Shown here one piece after another: positions 27,801-42,800 of a DNA stretch of 64,000 nucleotides. The stretch comes from Eledone cirrhosa (taxonomy: Eukaryota), in NCBI GenBank assembly GCA_964016885.1, contig OZ024743.1, forward strand, positions 60,760,001 to 60,824,000. Direction: 5' to 3'. Below the pieces are notes generated by a model. The model was given only the letters and a program-made list of their open reading frames with translations. It was not told where the DNA came from and searched no databases. The translations under genes and the position numbers were made by a program. Within the stretch, counting starts at the first letter, position 1. Every line of letters starts with the position of its first letter.

Positions 27801-30800
27801 ATCTCACTTCCACTCTCTCACTCTCGTCCTCTATATCTCAATCTCATTCCCACTCTCTCACTCTCGTCCTCTATATCTCTATCTCTCTTCCACTCTCTCA
27901 CTCTCGACCTCTATATCTCTATCTCACTTCCACTCTGTCATTCTCGTCCTCTATATCTCTCACTCACTCCCACTCTCTCACTCTCGTCCCCTATATATCT
28001 CTCTCACTTCCACTCTCTCACTCTCGTCCTCTATATCTCTCTCTAACTTCCACTCTCTCATTCTCGTCCTCTATATCTCTCACTCACTCCCACTCTCTCA
28101 CTCTCGTCCTCTATATCTCTATCTCACTTCCACTCTCTCACTCTCGTCCTCTTTTTCTCTATCTCACTCCCACTCTCTCACTCTCGTCCTCTATATCTCT
28201 CAGTCACTCCCACTCTCTCACTCTCGTCCTCTATATCTCTCAGTCACTTCCACTCTCTCACTCTCGTCCCCTATATATCTCTTTCTCACTTCCACTCTCT
28301 CACTCTCGTCCTCTATATCTCTCACTCACTTCCACTCTCTCACTCTCGTCCTCTATATCTCTATCTCACTCCCACTCTCTCACTCTCGTCCTCTATATGT
28401 CTATCTCACTTACACTTTCTCACTCTTGACCTCTATATCTCTCTCTCACTTCCACTCTCTCACTCTCGTCCTCTATATCTCTCTCTCACTTCCACTCTCT
28501 CATTCTCGTCCTCTATATCTCTCACTCACTCCCACTCTCTCACTCTCGTCCTCTATATCTCTATCTCACTTCCACTCTCTCACTCTCGTCCTCTATATCT
28601 CTCACTCACTCCCACTCTCTCACTCTCGTCCTCTATATCTCTATCTCACTTCCACTCTCTCACTCTCGTCCTCTATATCTCTCACTCACTCTCACTCTCT
28701 CACTCTCGTCCTCTATATCTCTATCTCACTTCCACTCTCTCACTCTCACTCTCGTCCTCTATATCTCTCTCTCACTTCCACTCTCTCACTCTCGTCCTCC
28801 ATATCTCTCACCCACTCCCACTCTCTCACTCTCGTCCTCTATATCTCTACCTCACTTCCACTCTCTCACTCTCGTCCTCTATATCTCTATCTCACTTCCA
28901 CTCTCTCACTCTCGTCCTCTATATCTCTATCTCACTTCCACTCTCTCACTCTCATCCTCTATATCTCTCACTCACTCCCACTCTCTCACTCTTGTCCTCT
29001 ATATCTCTCATTCACTCCCACTCTCTCACACTCGTCCTCTATCTCACTCCCACTCTCTCACTCTCGTCCTCTATATCTCTATCTCACTCCCACTCTCTCA
29101 CTCTCGTCCTTTATATCTCTATCTCACTTCTACTCTCTCACTCTCGTCCTCTATATCTCTCACTCACTCCCACTCTCTCACTCTTGTCCTCTATATCTCT
29201 CACTCACTCCCACTCTCTCACTCTCGTCCTCTATCTCACTCCCACTCTCTCACTCTCGTCCTCTATATCTCTATCTCACTCCCACTCTCTCACTCTCGTC
29301 CTTTATATCTCTATCTCACTTCCACTCTCTCACTCTCACTCTCGTCCTCTATATCTCTATCTCCCTCCCACTCTCTCACTCTCGCCTTCTATATCTCTCT
29401 CTCACTTCCACTCTCTCACTCTCGTCCTCTATATCTCTCACTCACTTCAGCTCTCTCACTCTCGTCCTCTATATCTCTCTCTCACTCCCATTCTCTCACT
29501 CTCACTCTCGTCCTCTATATCCCTATCTCACTCACACTCTCTCACTCTCGTCCTCTAGATCTCTATCTCACTCCCACTTTTTCACTCTCGTCCTCTATAT
29601 CTCTATCTCACTTGTACTCTCTCACTCTCGTCCTCTATATCTCTATCTCACTTCCACTCTCTCCCTCTCGACCTCTATATCTCTCTCTCACTTCCACTCT
29701 CTCATTCTCGACCTCTATATCTCAATCTCACGTCCACTCTCTCACTCTCGTCCTCGATATCTCTCACTCATTCCCACTCTCTCACTCTCGTCCTCTATAT
29801 CTCTATCTCACTTCCACTCTCTCACTCTCGTCCTCTATATCTCAATCTCACGTCCACTCTCTCACTCTCGTCCTCTATATCTCTCACTCACTCCCACTCT
29901 CTCACTCTCGTCCTCTATATCTCTATCTCACTTCCACTCTCTCACTCTCGTCCTCTTTTTCTCTATCTCACTCCCACTCTCTCACTCTCGTCCTCTATAT
30001 CTCTCAGTCACTCCCACTCTCTCACTCTCGTCCTCTATATCTCTCAGTCACTTCCACTCTCTCACTCTCGTCCCCTATATATCTCTCTCTCACTTCCACT
30101 CTCTCACTCTCGTCCTCTATATCTCTCACTCACTTCCACTCTCTCACTCTCGTCCTCTATATCTCTATCTCACTCCCACTCTCTCACTCTCGTCCTCTAT
30201 ATGTCTATCTCACTTACACTCTCTCACTCTTGACCTCTATATCTCTCACTCACTCCCACTCTCTCACTCTCGTCCTCTATATCTCTATCTCACTTCCACT
30301 CTCTCACTCTCGTCCTCTATATCTCTCACTCACTCCCACTCTCTCACTCTCGTCCTCTATATCTCTATCTCACTTCCACTCTCTCACTCTCGTCCTCTAT
30401 ATCTCTCACTCACTCCCACTCTCTCACTCTCGTCCTCTATATCTCTATCTCACTTCCACTCTCTCACTCTCACTCTCGTCCTCTATATCTCTCTCTCACT
30501 TCCACTCTCTCACTCTCGTCCTCCATATCTCTCACCCACTCCCACTCTCTCACTCTCGTCCTCTATATCTCTATCTCACTTCCACTCTCTCACTCTCACT
30601 CTCGTCCTCTATATCTCTCTCTCACTTCCACTCTCTCACTCTCGTCCTCCATATCTCTCACCCACTCCCACTCTCTCACTCTTGACCTCTATATCTCTAT
30701 CTCACTTCCACTCTCTCCCTCTCGTCCTCTATATCTCTATCTCACTTTCACTCTCTCACTCTCGTCCTCTATATCTCTCTCTCACTTCCACTCTCTCACT

Positions 30801-33800
30801 CTCGTCCTCTATATCTCTATCTCACTTCCACTCTCTCACTCTCATCCTCTATATCTCTCACTCACTCCCACTCTCTCACTCTTGTCCTCTATATCTCTCA
30901 CTCACTCCCACTCTCTCACTCTCGTCCTCTATCTCACTCCCACTCTCTCACTCTCGTCCTCTATATCTCTATCTCACTCCCACTCTCTCACTCTCGTCCT
31001 TTATATCTCTATCTCACTTCCACTCTCTCACTCTCACTCTCGTCCTCTATATTTCTATCTCACTTCCACTGTCTGACTCTCGTCCTCTATATCTCTATCT
31101 CACTTCCACTCTCTCACTCTCGTCCTCTATATCTCTCACTCACTCCCACTCTCTCACTCTCGTCCTCTATATCTCTATCTCACTTCCACTCTTTCACTCT
31201 CGTCCTCTATATCTCTCACTCACCCCCACTCTCTCACTCTCGTCCTCTATATCTCTATCTCACTTCCACTCTCTCACTCTCACTCTCGTCCTCTATATCT
31301 CTATCTCACTTCCACTCTCTCACTCTCACTCTCGTCCTCTATATCTCTCACTCACTCCCACTCTCTCACTCTCGTCCTCTATATCTCTATCTCACTTCCA
31401 CTCTCTCACGCACGTCCTCTTTATCTCTATCTCACATCCACTCTCTCATTCTCGTCCTCTATATCTCTCACTCACTCCCACTCTCTCACTCTCGTCCCCT
31501 ATACATCTCTCTCACTTCCACTCTCTCACTCTCGTCCTCTATATCTCTCTCTCACTTCCACTCTCTCACTCTCGTCCTCTAAATCTCTATCTCACTCCCA
31601 CTCTCTCATTCTCGTCCTCTATATGTCTATCTCACTTACACTCTCTCACTCTTGACCTCTATCTCTCTCTCTCACTTCCACTCTCTCACTCTCGTCCTCT
31701 ATATCTCCCTCTCACTTCCACTCTCTCACTCTCGACCTCTATATCCCTATCTCACTCCCACTCTCTCACTCTCGTCCTCTAGATCTCTATCTCACTCCCA
31801 CTTTTTCACTCTCGTCCTCTATATCTCTATCTCACTTGTACTCTGTCACTCTCGTCCTCTATATCTCTATCTCACTTCCACTCTCTCCCTCTCGACCTCT
31901 ATATCTCTCTCTCACTTCCACTCTCTCATTCTCGACCTCTATATCTCTATCTAACTCCCACTTTTTCACTCTCGTCCTCTATATCTCTATCTCACTTCCA
32001 CTCTCTCCCTCTCGACCTCTATATCTCTCTCTCACTTCCACTCTCTCATTCTCGACCTCTATATCTCTCTCTCACTTCCACTCTCTCACTCTCGTCATCT
32101 ATATCTCAATCTCACGTCCACTCTCTCACTCTCGTCCTCTATATCTCTCACTCATTCCCACTCTCTCACTCTCGTCCTCTATATCTCTCTCTCACTCCCA
32201 TTCTCTCACTCTCACTCTCGTCCTCTATATCCCTATCTCACTCACACTCTCTCACTCTCGTCCTCTAGATCTCTATCTCACTCCCACTTTTTCACTCTCG
32301 TCCTCTATATCTCTATCTCACTTGTACTCTCTCACTCTCGTCCTCTATATCTCTATCTCACTTCCACTCTCTCCCTCTCGACCTCTATATCTCTCTCTCA
32401 CTTCCACTCTCTCATTCTCGACCTCTATATCTCAATCTCACGTCCACTCTCTCACTCTCGTCCTCGATATCTCTCACTCATTCCCACTCTCTCACTCTCG
32501 TCCTCTATATCTCTATCTCACTTCCACTCTCTCACTCTCGTCCTCTATATCTCAATCTCACGTCCACTCTCTCACTCTCGTCCTCTATATCTCTCACTCA
32601 CTCCCACTCTCTCACTCTCGTCCTCTATATCTATATCTCACTTCCACTCTCTCACTCTCGTCCTCTTTTTCTCTATCTCACTCCCACTCTCTCAGTCTCG
32701 TCCTCTATATCTCTCAGTCACTCCCACTCTCTCACTCTCGTCCTCTATATCTCTCAGTCACTTCCACTCTCTCACTCTCGTCCCCTATATATCTCTCTCT
32801 CACTTCCACTCTCTCACTCTCGTCCTCTATATCTCTCATTCACTTCACTCTCTCACTCTCGTCCTCTATATCTCTATCTCACTCCCACTCTCTCACTCTC
32901 GTCCTCTATATGTCTATCTCACTTACACTCTCTCACTCTTGACCTCTATATCTCTCTCTCACTTCCACTCTCTCACTCTCGTCCTCTATATCTCTCTCTC
33001 ACTTCCACTCTCTCATTCTCGTCCTCTATATCTCTCGCTCACTCCCACTCTCTCACTCTCGTCCTCTATATCTCTATCTCACTTCCACTCTCTCACTCTC
33101 GTCCTCTATATCTCTCACTCACTCCCACTCTCTCACTCTCGTCCTCTATATCTCTATCTCACTTCCACTCTCTCACTCTCACTCTCGTCCTCTATATCTC
33201 TCTCTCACTTCCACTCTCTCACTCTCGTCCTCCATATCTCTCACCCACTCCCACTCTTTCACTCTCGTCCTCTATATCTCTACCTCACTTCCACTCTCTC
33301 ACTCTCGTCCTCTATATCTCTATCTCACTTTCACTCTCTCACTCTCGTCCTCTATATCTCTCTCTCACTTCCACTCTCTCACTCTCGTCCTCTATATCTC
33401 TATCTCACTTCCACTCTCTCACTCTCATCCTCTATATCTCTCACTCACTCCCACTCTCTCACTCTTGTCCTCTATATCTCTCATTCACTCCCACTCTCTC
33501 ACTCTCGTCCTCTATCTCACTCCCACTCTCTCACTCTCGTCCTCTATATCTCTATCTCACTCCCACTCTCTCACTCTCGTCCTTTATATCTCTATCTCAC
33601 TTCTACTCTCTCACTCTCGTCCTCTATATCTCTCACTCACTCCCACTCTCTCACTCTTGTCCTCTATATCTCTCACTCACTCCCACTCTCTCACTCTCGT
33701 CCTCTATCTCACTCCCACTCTCTCACTCTCGTCCTCTATATCTCTCACTCACTCCCACTCTCTCACTCTCGTCCTTTATATCTCTATCTCACTTCCACTC

Positions 33801-36800
33801 TCTCACTCTCACTCTCGTCCTCTATATCTCTATGTCACTTCCACTCTCTCACTCTCACTCTCGTCCTCTATATCTCTATCTCACTCCCACTCTCTCACTC
33901 TCGTCCTTTATATCTCTATCTCACTTCCACTCTCTCACTCTCACTCTCGTCCTCTATATCTATATCGCCCTCCCACTCTCTCACTCTCGCCTTCTATATC
34001 TCTCTCTCACCTCCACTCTCTCACTCTCGTCCTCTATATCTCTCACTCACTTCAGCTCTCTCATTCTCGTCCTCTATATCTCTCTCTCACTCCCATTCTC
34101 TCACTCTCACTCTCGTCCTCTATATCCCTATCTCACTCACACTCTCTCACTCTCGTCCTCTAGATCTCTATCTCACTCCCACTTTTTCAATCTCGTCCTC
34201 TATATCTCTATCTCACTTGTACTCTCTCACTCTCGTCCTCTATATCTCTATCTTACTTCCACTCTCTCCCTCTCGACCTCTATATATCTCTCTCACTTCC
34301 ACTCTCTCACTCTCGAGCTCTATATATAGTTCTCACTTCCACTCTCTCACTCTCGTCCTCTATATCTCAATCTCACGTCCACTCTCTCACTCTCGTCCTC
34401 TATATCTCTCACTCATTCCCACTCTCTCACTCTCGTCCTCTATATCTCTATCTCACTTCCACTCTCTCACTCTCGTCCTCTATATCTCAATCTCACGTCC
34501 ACTCTCTCACTCTCGTCCTCTATATCTCTCACTCACTCCCACTCTCTCACTCTCGTCCTCTATATCTCTATCTCACTCCCACTCTCTCACTCTCGTCCTC
34601 TATATGTCTATCTCACTTACACTCTCTCACTCTTGACCTCTATATCTCTCTCTCACTTCCACTCTCTCACTCTCGTCCTCTATATCTCTCTCTCACTTCC
34701 ACTCTCTCACTCTCGTCCTCTATATCTCTCAGTCACTCCCACTCTCTCACTCTCGTCCTCTATATCTCTCAGTCACTTCCACTCTCTCACTCTCGTCCCC
34801 TATATATCTCTCTCTCACTTCCACTCTCTCACTCTCGTCCTCTATATCTCTCACTCACTTCCACTCTCTCACTCTCGTCCTCTATATCTCTATCTCACTC
34901 CCACTCTCTCACTCTCGTCCTCTATATGTCTATCTCACTTACACTCTCTCACTCTTGACCTCTATATCTCTCTCTCACTTCCACTCTCTCACTCTCGTCC
35001 TCTATATCTCTCTCTCACTTCCACTCTCTCATTCTCGTCCTCTATATCTCTCACTCACTCCCACTCTCTCACTCTCGTCCTCTATATCTCTATCTCACTT
35101 CCACTCTCTCACTCTCGTCCTCTATATCTCTCACTCACTCCCACTCTCTCACTCTCGTCCTCTATATCTCTATCTCACTTCCACTCTCTCACTCTCGTCC
35201 TCTATATCTCTCACTCACTCCCACTCTCTCACTCTCGTCCTCTATATCTCTATCTCACTTCCACTCTCTCACTCTCACTCTCGTCCTCTATATCTCTCTC
35301 TCACTTCCACTCTCTCACTCTCGTCCTCCATATCTCTCACCCACTCCCACTCTCTCACTCTCGTCCTCTATATCTCTATATCACTTCCACTCTCTCACTC
35401 TCACTCTCGTCCTCTATATCTCTCTCTCACTTCCACTCTCTCACTCTCGTCCTCCATATCTCTCACCCACTCCCACTCTCTCACTCTTGACCTCTATATC
35501 TCTATCTCACTTCCACTCTCTCCCTCTCGTCCTCTATATCTCTATCTCACCTTCACTCTCTCACTCTCGTCCTCTATATCTCTATCTCACTTCCACTCTC
35601 TCACTCTCTTCCTCTATATCTCTCACTCACTCCCACTCTCTCACTCTTGTCCTCTATATCTCTCACTCACTCCCACTCTCTCACTCTCGTCCTCTATCTC
35701 ACTCCCACTCTCTCACTCTCGTCCTCTATATCTCTATCTCACTCCCACTCTCTCACTCTCGTCCTTTATATCTCTATCTCACTTCCACTCTCTCACTCTC
35801 ACTCTCGTCCTCTATATTTCTATCTCACTTCCACTGTCTGACTCTCGTCCCCTATATATCTCTCTCTCACTTCCACTCTCTCACTCTCGTCCTCTATATC
35901 TCTCATTCACTTCACTCTCTCACTCTCGTCCTCTATATCTCTATCTCACTCCCACTCTCTCACTCTCGTCCTCTATATGTCTATCTCACTTACACTCTCT
36001 CACTCTTGACCTCTATATCTCTCTCTCACTTCCACTCTCTCACTCTCGTCCTCTATATCTCTCTCTCACTTCCACTCTCTCATTCTCGTCCTCTATATCT
36101 CTCGCTCACTCCCACTCTCTCACTCTCGTCCTCTATATCTCTATCTCACTTCCACTCTCTCACTCTCGTCCTCTATATCTCTCACTCACTCCCACTCTCT
36201 CACTCTCGTCCTCTATATCTCTATCTCACTTCCACTCTCTCACTCTCACTCTCGTCCTCTATATCTCTCTCTCACTTCCACTCTCTCACTCTCGTCCTCC
36301 ATATCTCTCACCCACTCCCACTCTTTCACTCTCGTCCTCTATATCTCTACCTCACTTCCACTCTCTCACTCTCGTCCTCTATATCTCTATCTCACTTTCA
36401 CTCTCTCACTCTCGTCCTCTATATCTCTCTCTCACTTCCACTCTCTCACTCTCGTCCTCTATATCTCTATCTCACTTCCACTCTCTCACTCTCATCCTCT
36501 ATATCTCTCACTCACTCCCACTCTCTCACTCTTGTCCTCTATATCTCTCATTCACTCCCACTCTCTCACTCTCGTCCTCTATCTCACTCCCACTCTCTCA
36601 CTCTCGTCCTCTATATCTCTATCTCACTCCCACTCTCTCACTCTCGTCCTTTATATCTCTATCTCACTTCTACTCTCTCACTCTCGTCCTCTATATCTCT
36701 CACTCACTCCCACTCTCTCACTCTTGTCCTCTATATCTCTCACTCACTCCCACTCTCTCACTCTCGTCCTCTATCTCACTCCCACTCTCTCACTCTCGTC

Positions 36801-39800
36801 CTCTATATCTCTCACTCACTCCCACTCTCTCACTCTCGTCCTTTATATCTCTATCTCACTTCCACTCTCTCACTCTCACTCTCGTCCTCTATATCTCTAT
36901 GTCACTTCCACTCTCTCACTCTCACTCTCGTCCTCTATATCTCTATCTCACTCCCACTCTCTCACTCTCGTCCTTTATATCTCTATCTCACTTCCACTCT
37001 CTCACTCTCACTCTCGTCCTCTATATCTATATCGCCCTCCCACTCTCTCACTCTCGCCTTCTATATCTCTCTCTCACCTCCACTCTCTCACTCTCGTCCT
37101 CTATATCTCTCACTCACTTCAGCTCTCTCATTCTCGTCCTCTATATCTCTCTCTCACTCCCATTCTCTCACTCTCACTCTCGTCCTCTATATCCCTATCT
37201 CACTCACACTCTCTCACTCTCGTCCTCTAGATCTCTATCTCACTCCCACTTTTTCAATCTCGTCCTCTATATCTCTATCTCACTTGTACTCTCTCACTCT
37301 CGTCCTCTATATCTCTATCTTACTTCCACTCTCTCCCTCTCGACCTCTATATATCTCTCTCACTTCCACTCTCTCACTCTCGAGCTCTATATATAGTTCT
37401 CACTTCCACTCTCTCACTCTCGTCCTCTATATCTCAATCTCACGTCCACTCTCTCACTCTCGTCCTCTATATCTCTCACTCATTCCCACTCTCTCACTCT
37501 CGTCCTCTATATCTCTATCTCACTTCCACTCTCTCACTCTCGTCCTCTATATCTCAATCTCACGTCCACTCTCTCACTCTCGTCCTCTATATCTCTCACT
37601 CACTCCCACTCTCTCACTCTCGTCCTCTATATCTCTATCTCACTCCCACTCTCTCACTCTCGTCCTCTATATGTCTATCTCACTTACACTCTCTCACTCT
37701 TGACCTCTATATCTCTCTCTCACTTCCACTCTCTCACTCTCGTCCTCTATATCTCTCTCTCACTTCCACTCTCTCACTCTCGTCCTCTATATCTCTCAGT
37801 CACTCCCACTCTCTCACTCTCGTCCTCTATATCTCTCAGTCACTTCCACTCTCTCACTCTCGTCCCCTATATATCTCTCTCTCACTTCCACTCTCTCACT
37901 CTCGTCCTCTATATCTCTCACTCACTTCCACTCTCTCACTCTCGTCCTCTATATCTCTATCTCACTCCCACTCTCTCACTCTCGTCCTCTATATGTCTAT
38001 CTCATTTACACTCTCTCACTCTTGACCTCTATATCTCTCTCTCACTTCCACTCTCTCACTCTCGTCCTCTATATCTCTCTCTCACTTCCACTCTCTCATT
38101 CTCGTCCTCTATATCTCTCACTCACTCCCACTCTCTCACTCTCGTCCTCTATATCTCTATCTCACTTCCACTCTCTCACTCTCGTCCTCTATATCTCTCA
38201 CTCACTCCCACTCTCTCACTCTCGTCCTCTATATCTCTATCTCACTTCCACTCTCTCACTCTCGTCCTCTATATCTCTCACTCACTCCCACTCTCTCACT
38301 CTCGTCCTCTATATCTCTATCTCACTTCCACTCTCTCACTCTCACTCTCGTCCTCTATATCTCTCTCTCACTTCCACTCTCTCACTCTCGTCCTCCATAT
38401 CTCTCACCCACTCCCACTCTCTCACTCTCGTCCTCTATATCTCTATATCACTTCCACTCTCTCACTCTCACTCTCGTCCTCTATATCTCTCTCTCACTTC
38501 CACTCTCTCACTCTCGTCCTCCATATCTCTCACCCACTCCCACTCTCTCACTCTTGACCTCTATATCTCTATCTCACTTCCACTCTCTCCCTCTCGTCCT
38601 CTATATCTCTATCTCACTTTCACTCTCTCACTCTCGTCCTCTATATCTCTATCTCACTTCCACTCTCTCACTCTCTTCCTCTATATCTCTCACTCACTCC
38701 CACTCTCTCACTCTTGTCCTCTATATCTCTCACTCACTCCCACTCTCTCACTCTCGTCCTCTATCTCACTCCCACTCTCTCACTCTCGTCCTCTATATCT
38801 CTATCTCACTCCCACTCTCTCACTCTCGTCCTTTATATCTCTATCTCACTTCCACTCTCTCACTCTCACTCTCGTCCTCTATATTTCTATCTCACTTCCA
38901 CTGTCTGACTCTCGTCCTCTATATCTCTATCTCACTTCCACTCTCTCACTCTCGTCCTCTATATTTCTCACTCACTCCCACTCTCTCACTCTCGTCCTCT
39001 ATATCTCTATCTCACTTCCACTCTTTCACTCTCGTCCTCTATATCTCTCACTCACCCCCACTCTCTCACTCTCGTCCTCTATATCTCTATCTCACTTCCA
39101 CTCTCTCACTCTCACTCTCGTCCTCTATATCTCAATCTCACTTCCACTCTCTCACTCTCACTCCCATTCTCTCACTCTCACTCTCGTCCTCTATATCCCT
39201 ATCTCACTCACACTCTCTCACTCTCGTCCTCTAGATCTCTATCTCACTCCCACTTTTTCAATCTCGTCCTCTATATCTCTATCTCACTTGTACTCTCTCA
39301 CTCTCGTCCTCTATATCTCTATCTCACTTCCACTCTCTCCCTCTCGACCTCTATATATCTCTCTCACTTCCACTCTCTCACTCTCGAGCTCTATATATAG
39401 CTCTCACTTCCACTCTCTCACTATCGTCCTCTATATCTCAATCTCACGTCCACTCTCTCACTCTCGTCCTCTATATCTCTCACTCATTCCCACTCTCTCA
39501 CTCTCGTCCTCTATATCTCTATCTCACTTCCACTCTCTCACTCTCGTCCTCTATATCTCAATCTCACGTCCACTCTCTCACTCTCGTCCTCTATATCTCT
39601 CACTCACTCCCACTCTCTCACTCTCGTCCTCTATATCTCTATCTCACTCCCACTCTCTCACTCTCGTCCTCTATATGTCTATCTCACTTACACTCTCTCA
39701 CTCTTGACCTCTATATCTCTCTCTCACTTCCACTCTCTCACTCTCGTCCTCTATATCTCTCTCTCACTTCCACTCTCTCACTCTCGTCCTCTATATCTCT

Positions 39801-42800
39801 CAGTCACTCCCACTCTCTCACTCTCGTCCTCTATATCTCTCAGTCACTTCCACTCTCTCACTCTCGTCCCCTATATATCTCTCTCTCACTTCCACTCTCT
39901 CACTCTCGTCCTCTATATCTCTCACTCACTTCCACTCTCTCACTCTCGTCCTCTATATCTCTATCTCACTCCCACTCTCTCACTCTCGTCCTCTATATGT
40001 CTATCTCACTTACACTCTCTCACTCTTGACCTCTATATCTCTCTCTCACTTCCACTCTCTCACTCTCGTCCTCTATATCTCTCTCTCACTTCCACTCTCT
40101 CATTCTCGTCCTCTATATCTCTCACTCACTCCCACTCTCTCACTCTCGTCCTCTATATCTCTATCTCACTTCCACTCTCTCACTCTCGTCCTCTATATCT
40201 CTCACTCACTCCCACTCTCTCACTCTCGTCCTCTATATCTCTATCTCACTTCCACTCTCTCACTCTCGTCCTCTATATCTCTCACTCACTCCCACTCTCT
40301 CACTCTCGTCCTCTATATCTCTATCTCACTTCCACTCTCTCACTCTCACTCTCGTCCTCTATATCTCTCTCTCACTTCCACTCTCTCACTCTCGTCCTCC
40401 ATATCTCTCACCCACTCCCACTCTCTCACTCTCGTCCTCTATATCTCTATATCACTTCCACTCTCTCACTCTCACTCTCGTCCTCTATATCTCTCTCTCA
40501 CTTCCACTCTCTCACTCTCGTCCTCCATATCTCTCACCCACTCCCACTCTCTCACTCTTGACCTCTATATCTCTATCTCACTTCCACTCTCTCCCTCTCG
40601 TCCTCTATATCTCTATCTCACTTTCACTCTCTCACTCTCGTCCTCTATATCTCTATCTCACTTCCACTCTCTCACTCTCTTCCTCTATATCTCTCACTCA
40701 CTCCCACTCTCTCACTCTTGTCCTCTATATCTCTCACTCACTCCCACTCTCTCACTCTCGTCCTCTATCTCACTCCCACTCTCTCACTCTCGTCCTCTAT
40801 ATCTCTATCTCACTCCCACTCTCTCACTCTCGTCCTTTATATCTCTATCTCACTTCCACTCTCTCACTCTCACTCTCGTCCTCTATATTTCTATCTCACT
40901 TCCACTGTCTGACTCTCGTCCTCTATATCTCTATCTCACTTCCACTCTCTCACTCTCGTCCTCTATATTTCTCACTCACTCCCACTCTCTCACTCTCGTC
41001 CTCTATATCTCTATCTCACTTCCACTCTTTCACTCTCGTCCTCTATATCTCTCACTCACCCCCACTCTCTCACTCTCGTCCTCTATATCTCTATCTCACT
41101 TCCACTCTCTCACTCTCACTCTCGTCCTCTATATCTCTATCTCACTTCCACTCTCTCACTCTCACTCTCGTCCTCTATATCTCTCACTCACTCCCACTCT
41201 CTCACTCTCGTCCTCTATATCTCTATCTCACTTCCACTCTCTCACTCACGTCCTCTTTATCTCTATCTCACTTTCACTCTCTCATTCTCGTCCTCTATAT
41301 CTCTCACTCACTCCCACTCTCTCACTCTTGACCTCTATCTCTCTCTCTCACTTCCACTCTCTCACTCTCGTCCTCTATATCTCCCTCTCACTTCCACTCT
41401 CTCATTCTCGTCCTCTATATCTCTCACTCACTCCCACTCTCTCACTCTCGTCCTCTATATCTCTATCTCACTTCCACTCTCTCGATCTCGTCCTCTATAT
41501 CTCTCACTCACTCCCACTCTCTCACACTCGTCCTCTATCTCTCTCTCTCACTTCCACTCTCTCACTCTCGTCCTCTATATCTCTCTCTCACTTCCAATCT
41601 CTCATTCTCGTCCCCTATATCTCTCACTCACTCCCACTCTCTCACTCTCGTCCTCTATATCTCTCTCTCACTTCCACTCTCTCATTCTCGTCCTCTATAT
41701 CTCTCACTCACTCCCACTCTCTCACTCTCGTCCTCTATATCTCTATCTCACTTCCACTCTCTCGCTTTCATCCTCTATATCTCTCACTCACTCCCACTCT
41801 CTCACTCTCGTCCTCTATATCTCTATCTCACTTCCACTCTCTCACTCTCGTCCTCTATATCTCTCACTCACTCCCACTCTCTCACTCTCGTTCTCTTTAT
41901 CTCTATCTCACTTCCACTCTCTCACTCTCACTCTCGTCCTCTATATCTCTCTCTCACTTCCACTCTCTCACTCTCGTCCTCTATATCTCTATCTCACTTC
42001 CACTCTCTCACTCTCGTCCTCTATATCTCTCACTCACTCCCACATTCTCACTCTCGTCCTCTATATCTCTCACTCACTCCCACTCTCTCACTCTCGTCCT
42101 CTATCTCACTTCCACTCTCTCACTCTCGTCCTCTATATCTCTATCTTACTTCCACTCTCTCTCTCCCGTCCTCTATATCTCTATCTCACTCCCACTCTCT
42201 CACTCTCGTCCTTTAAATCTCTATCTCCCTCCCACTCTCTCACTCTCACCCTCTATATCTCAATCTCACTTCCACTCTCTCACTCTCGTCCTCTATATCT
42301 CTCAGTCACTCCCACTCTCTCACTCTCGTCCTCTATATCTCTATCTCACTTGTACTCTCTCACTCTCGTCCTCTATATCTCTATCTCACTTCCACTCTCT
42401 CACTCTCGTCCTCTATATCTCTATCTCACTTCCACTCTCTCCCTCTCGTCCTCTATATCTCTCACTCACTTTCACTCTCTCACTCTCGTCCTCTATATTT
42501 CTATCTCACTTCCACTCTCTCACTCTCGTCCTCTATATCTCTATCTCACTTCCACTCTCTCACTCTCACTCTCGTCCTCTATATCTCTATCTCACTTCCA
42601 CTGTCTCACTCTCGTCCTCTATATCTCTATCTCCCTTCCACTCTCTCACTCTCGTCCTCTATATCTCTCACTCACTTTCACTCTCTCACTCTCGTCCTCT
42701 ATATTTCTATCTCACTTCCACTCTCTCACTCTCGTCCTCTATATCTCTCTCTCACTCCCATTCTCTCACTCTCACTCTCGTCCTCTATATCTCTCTCTCA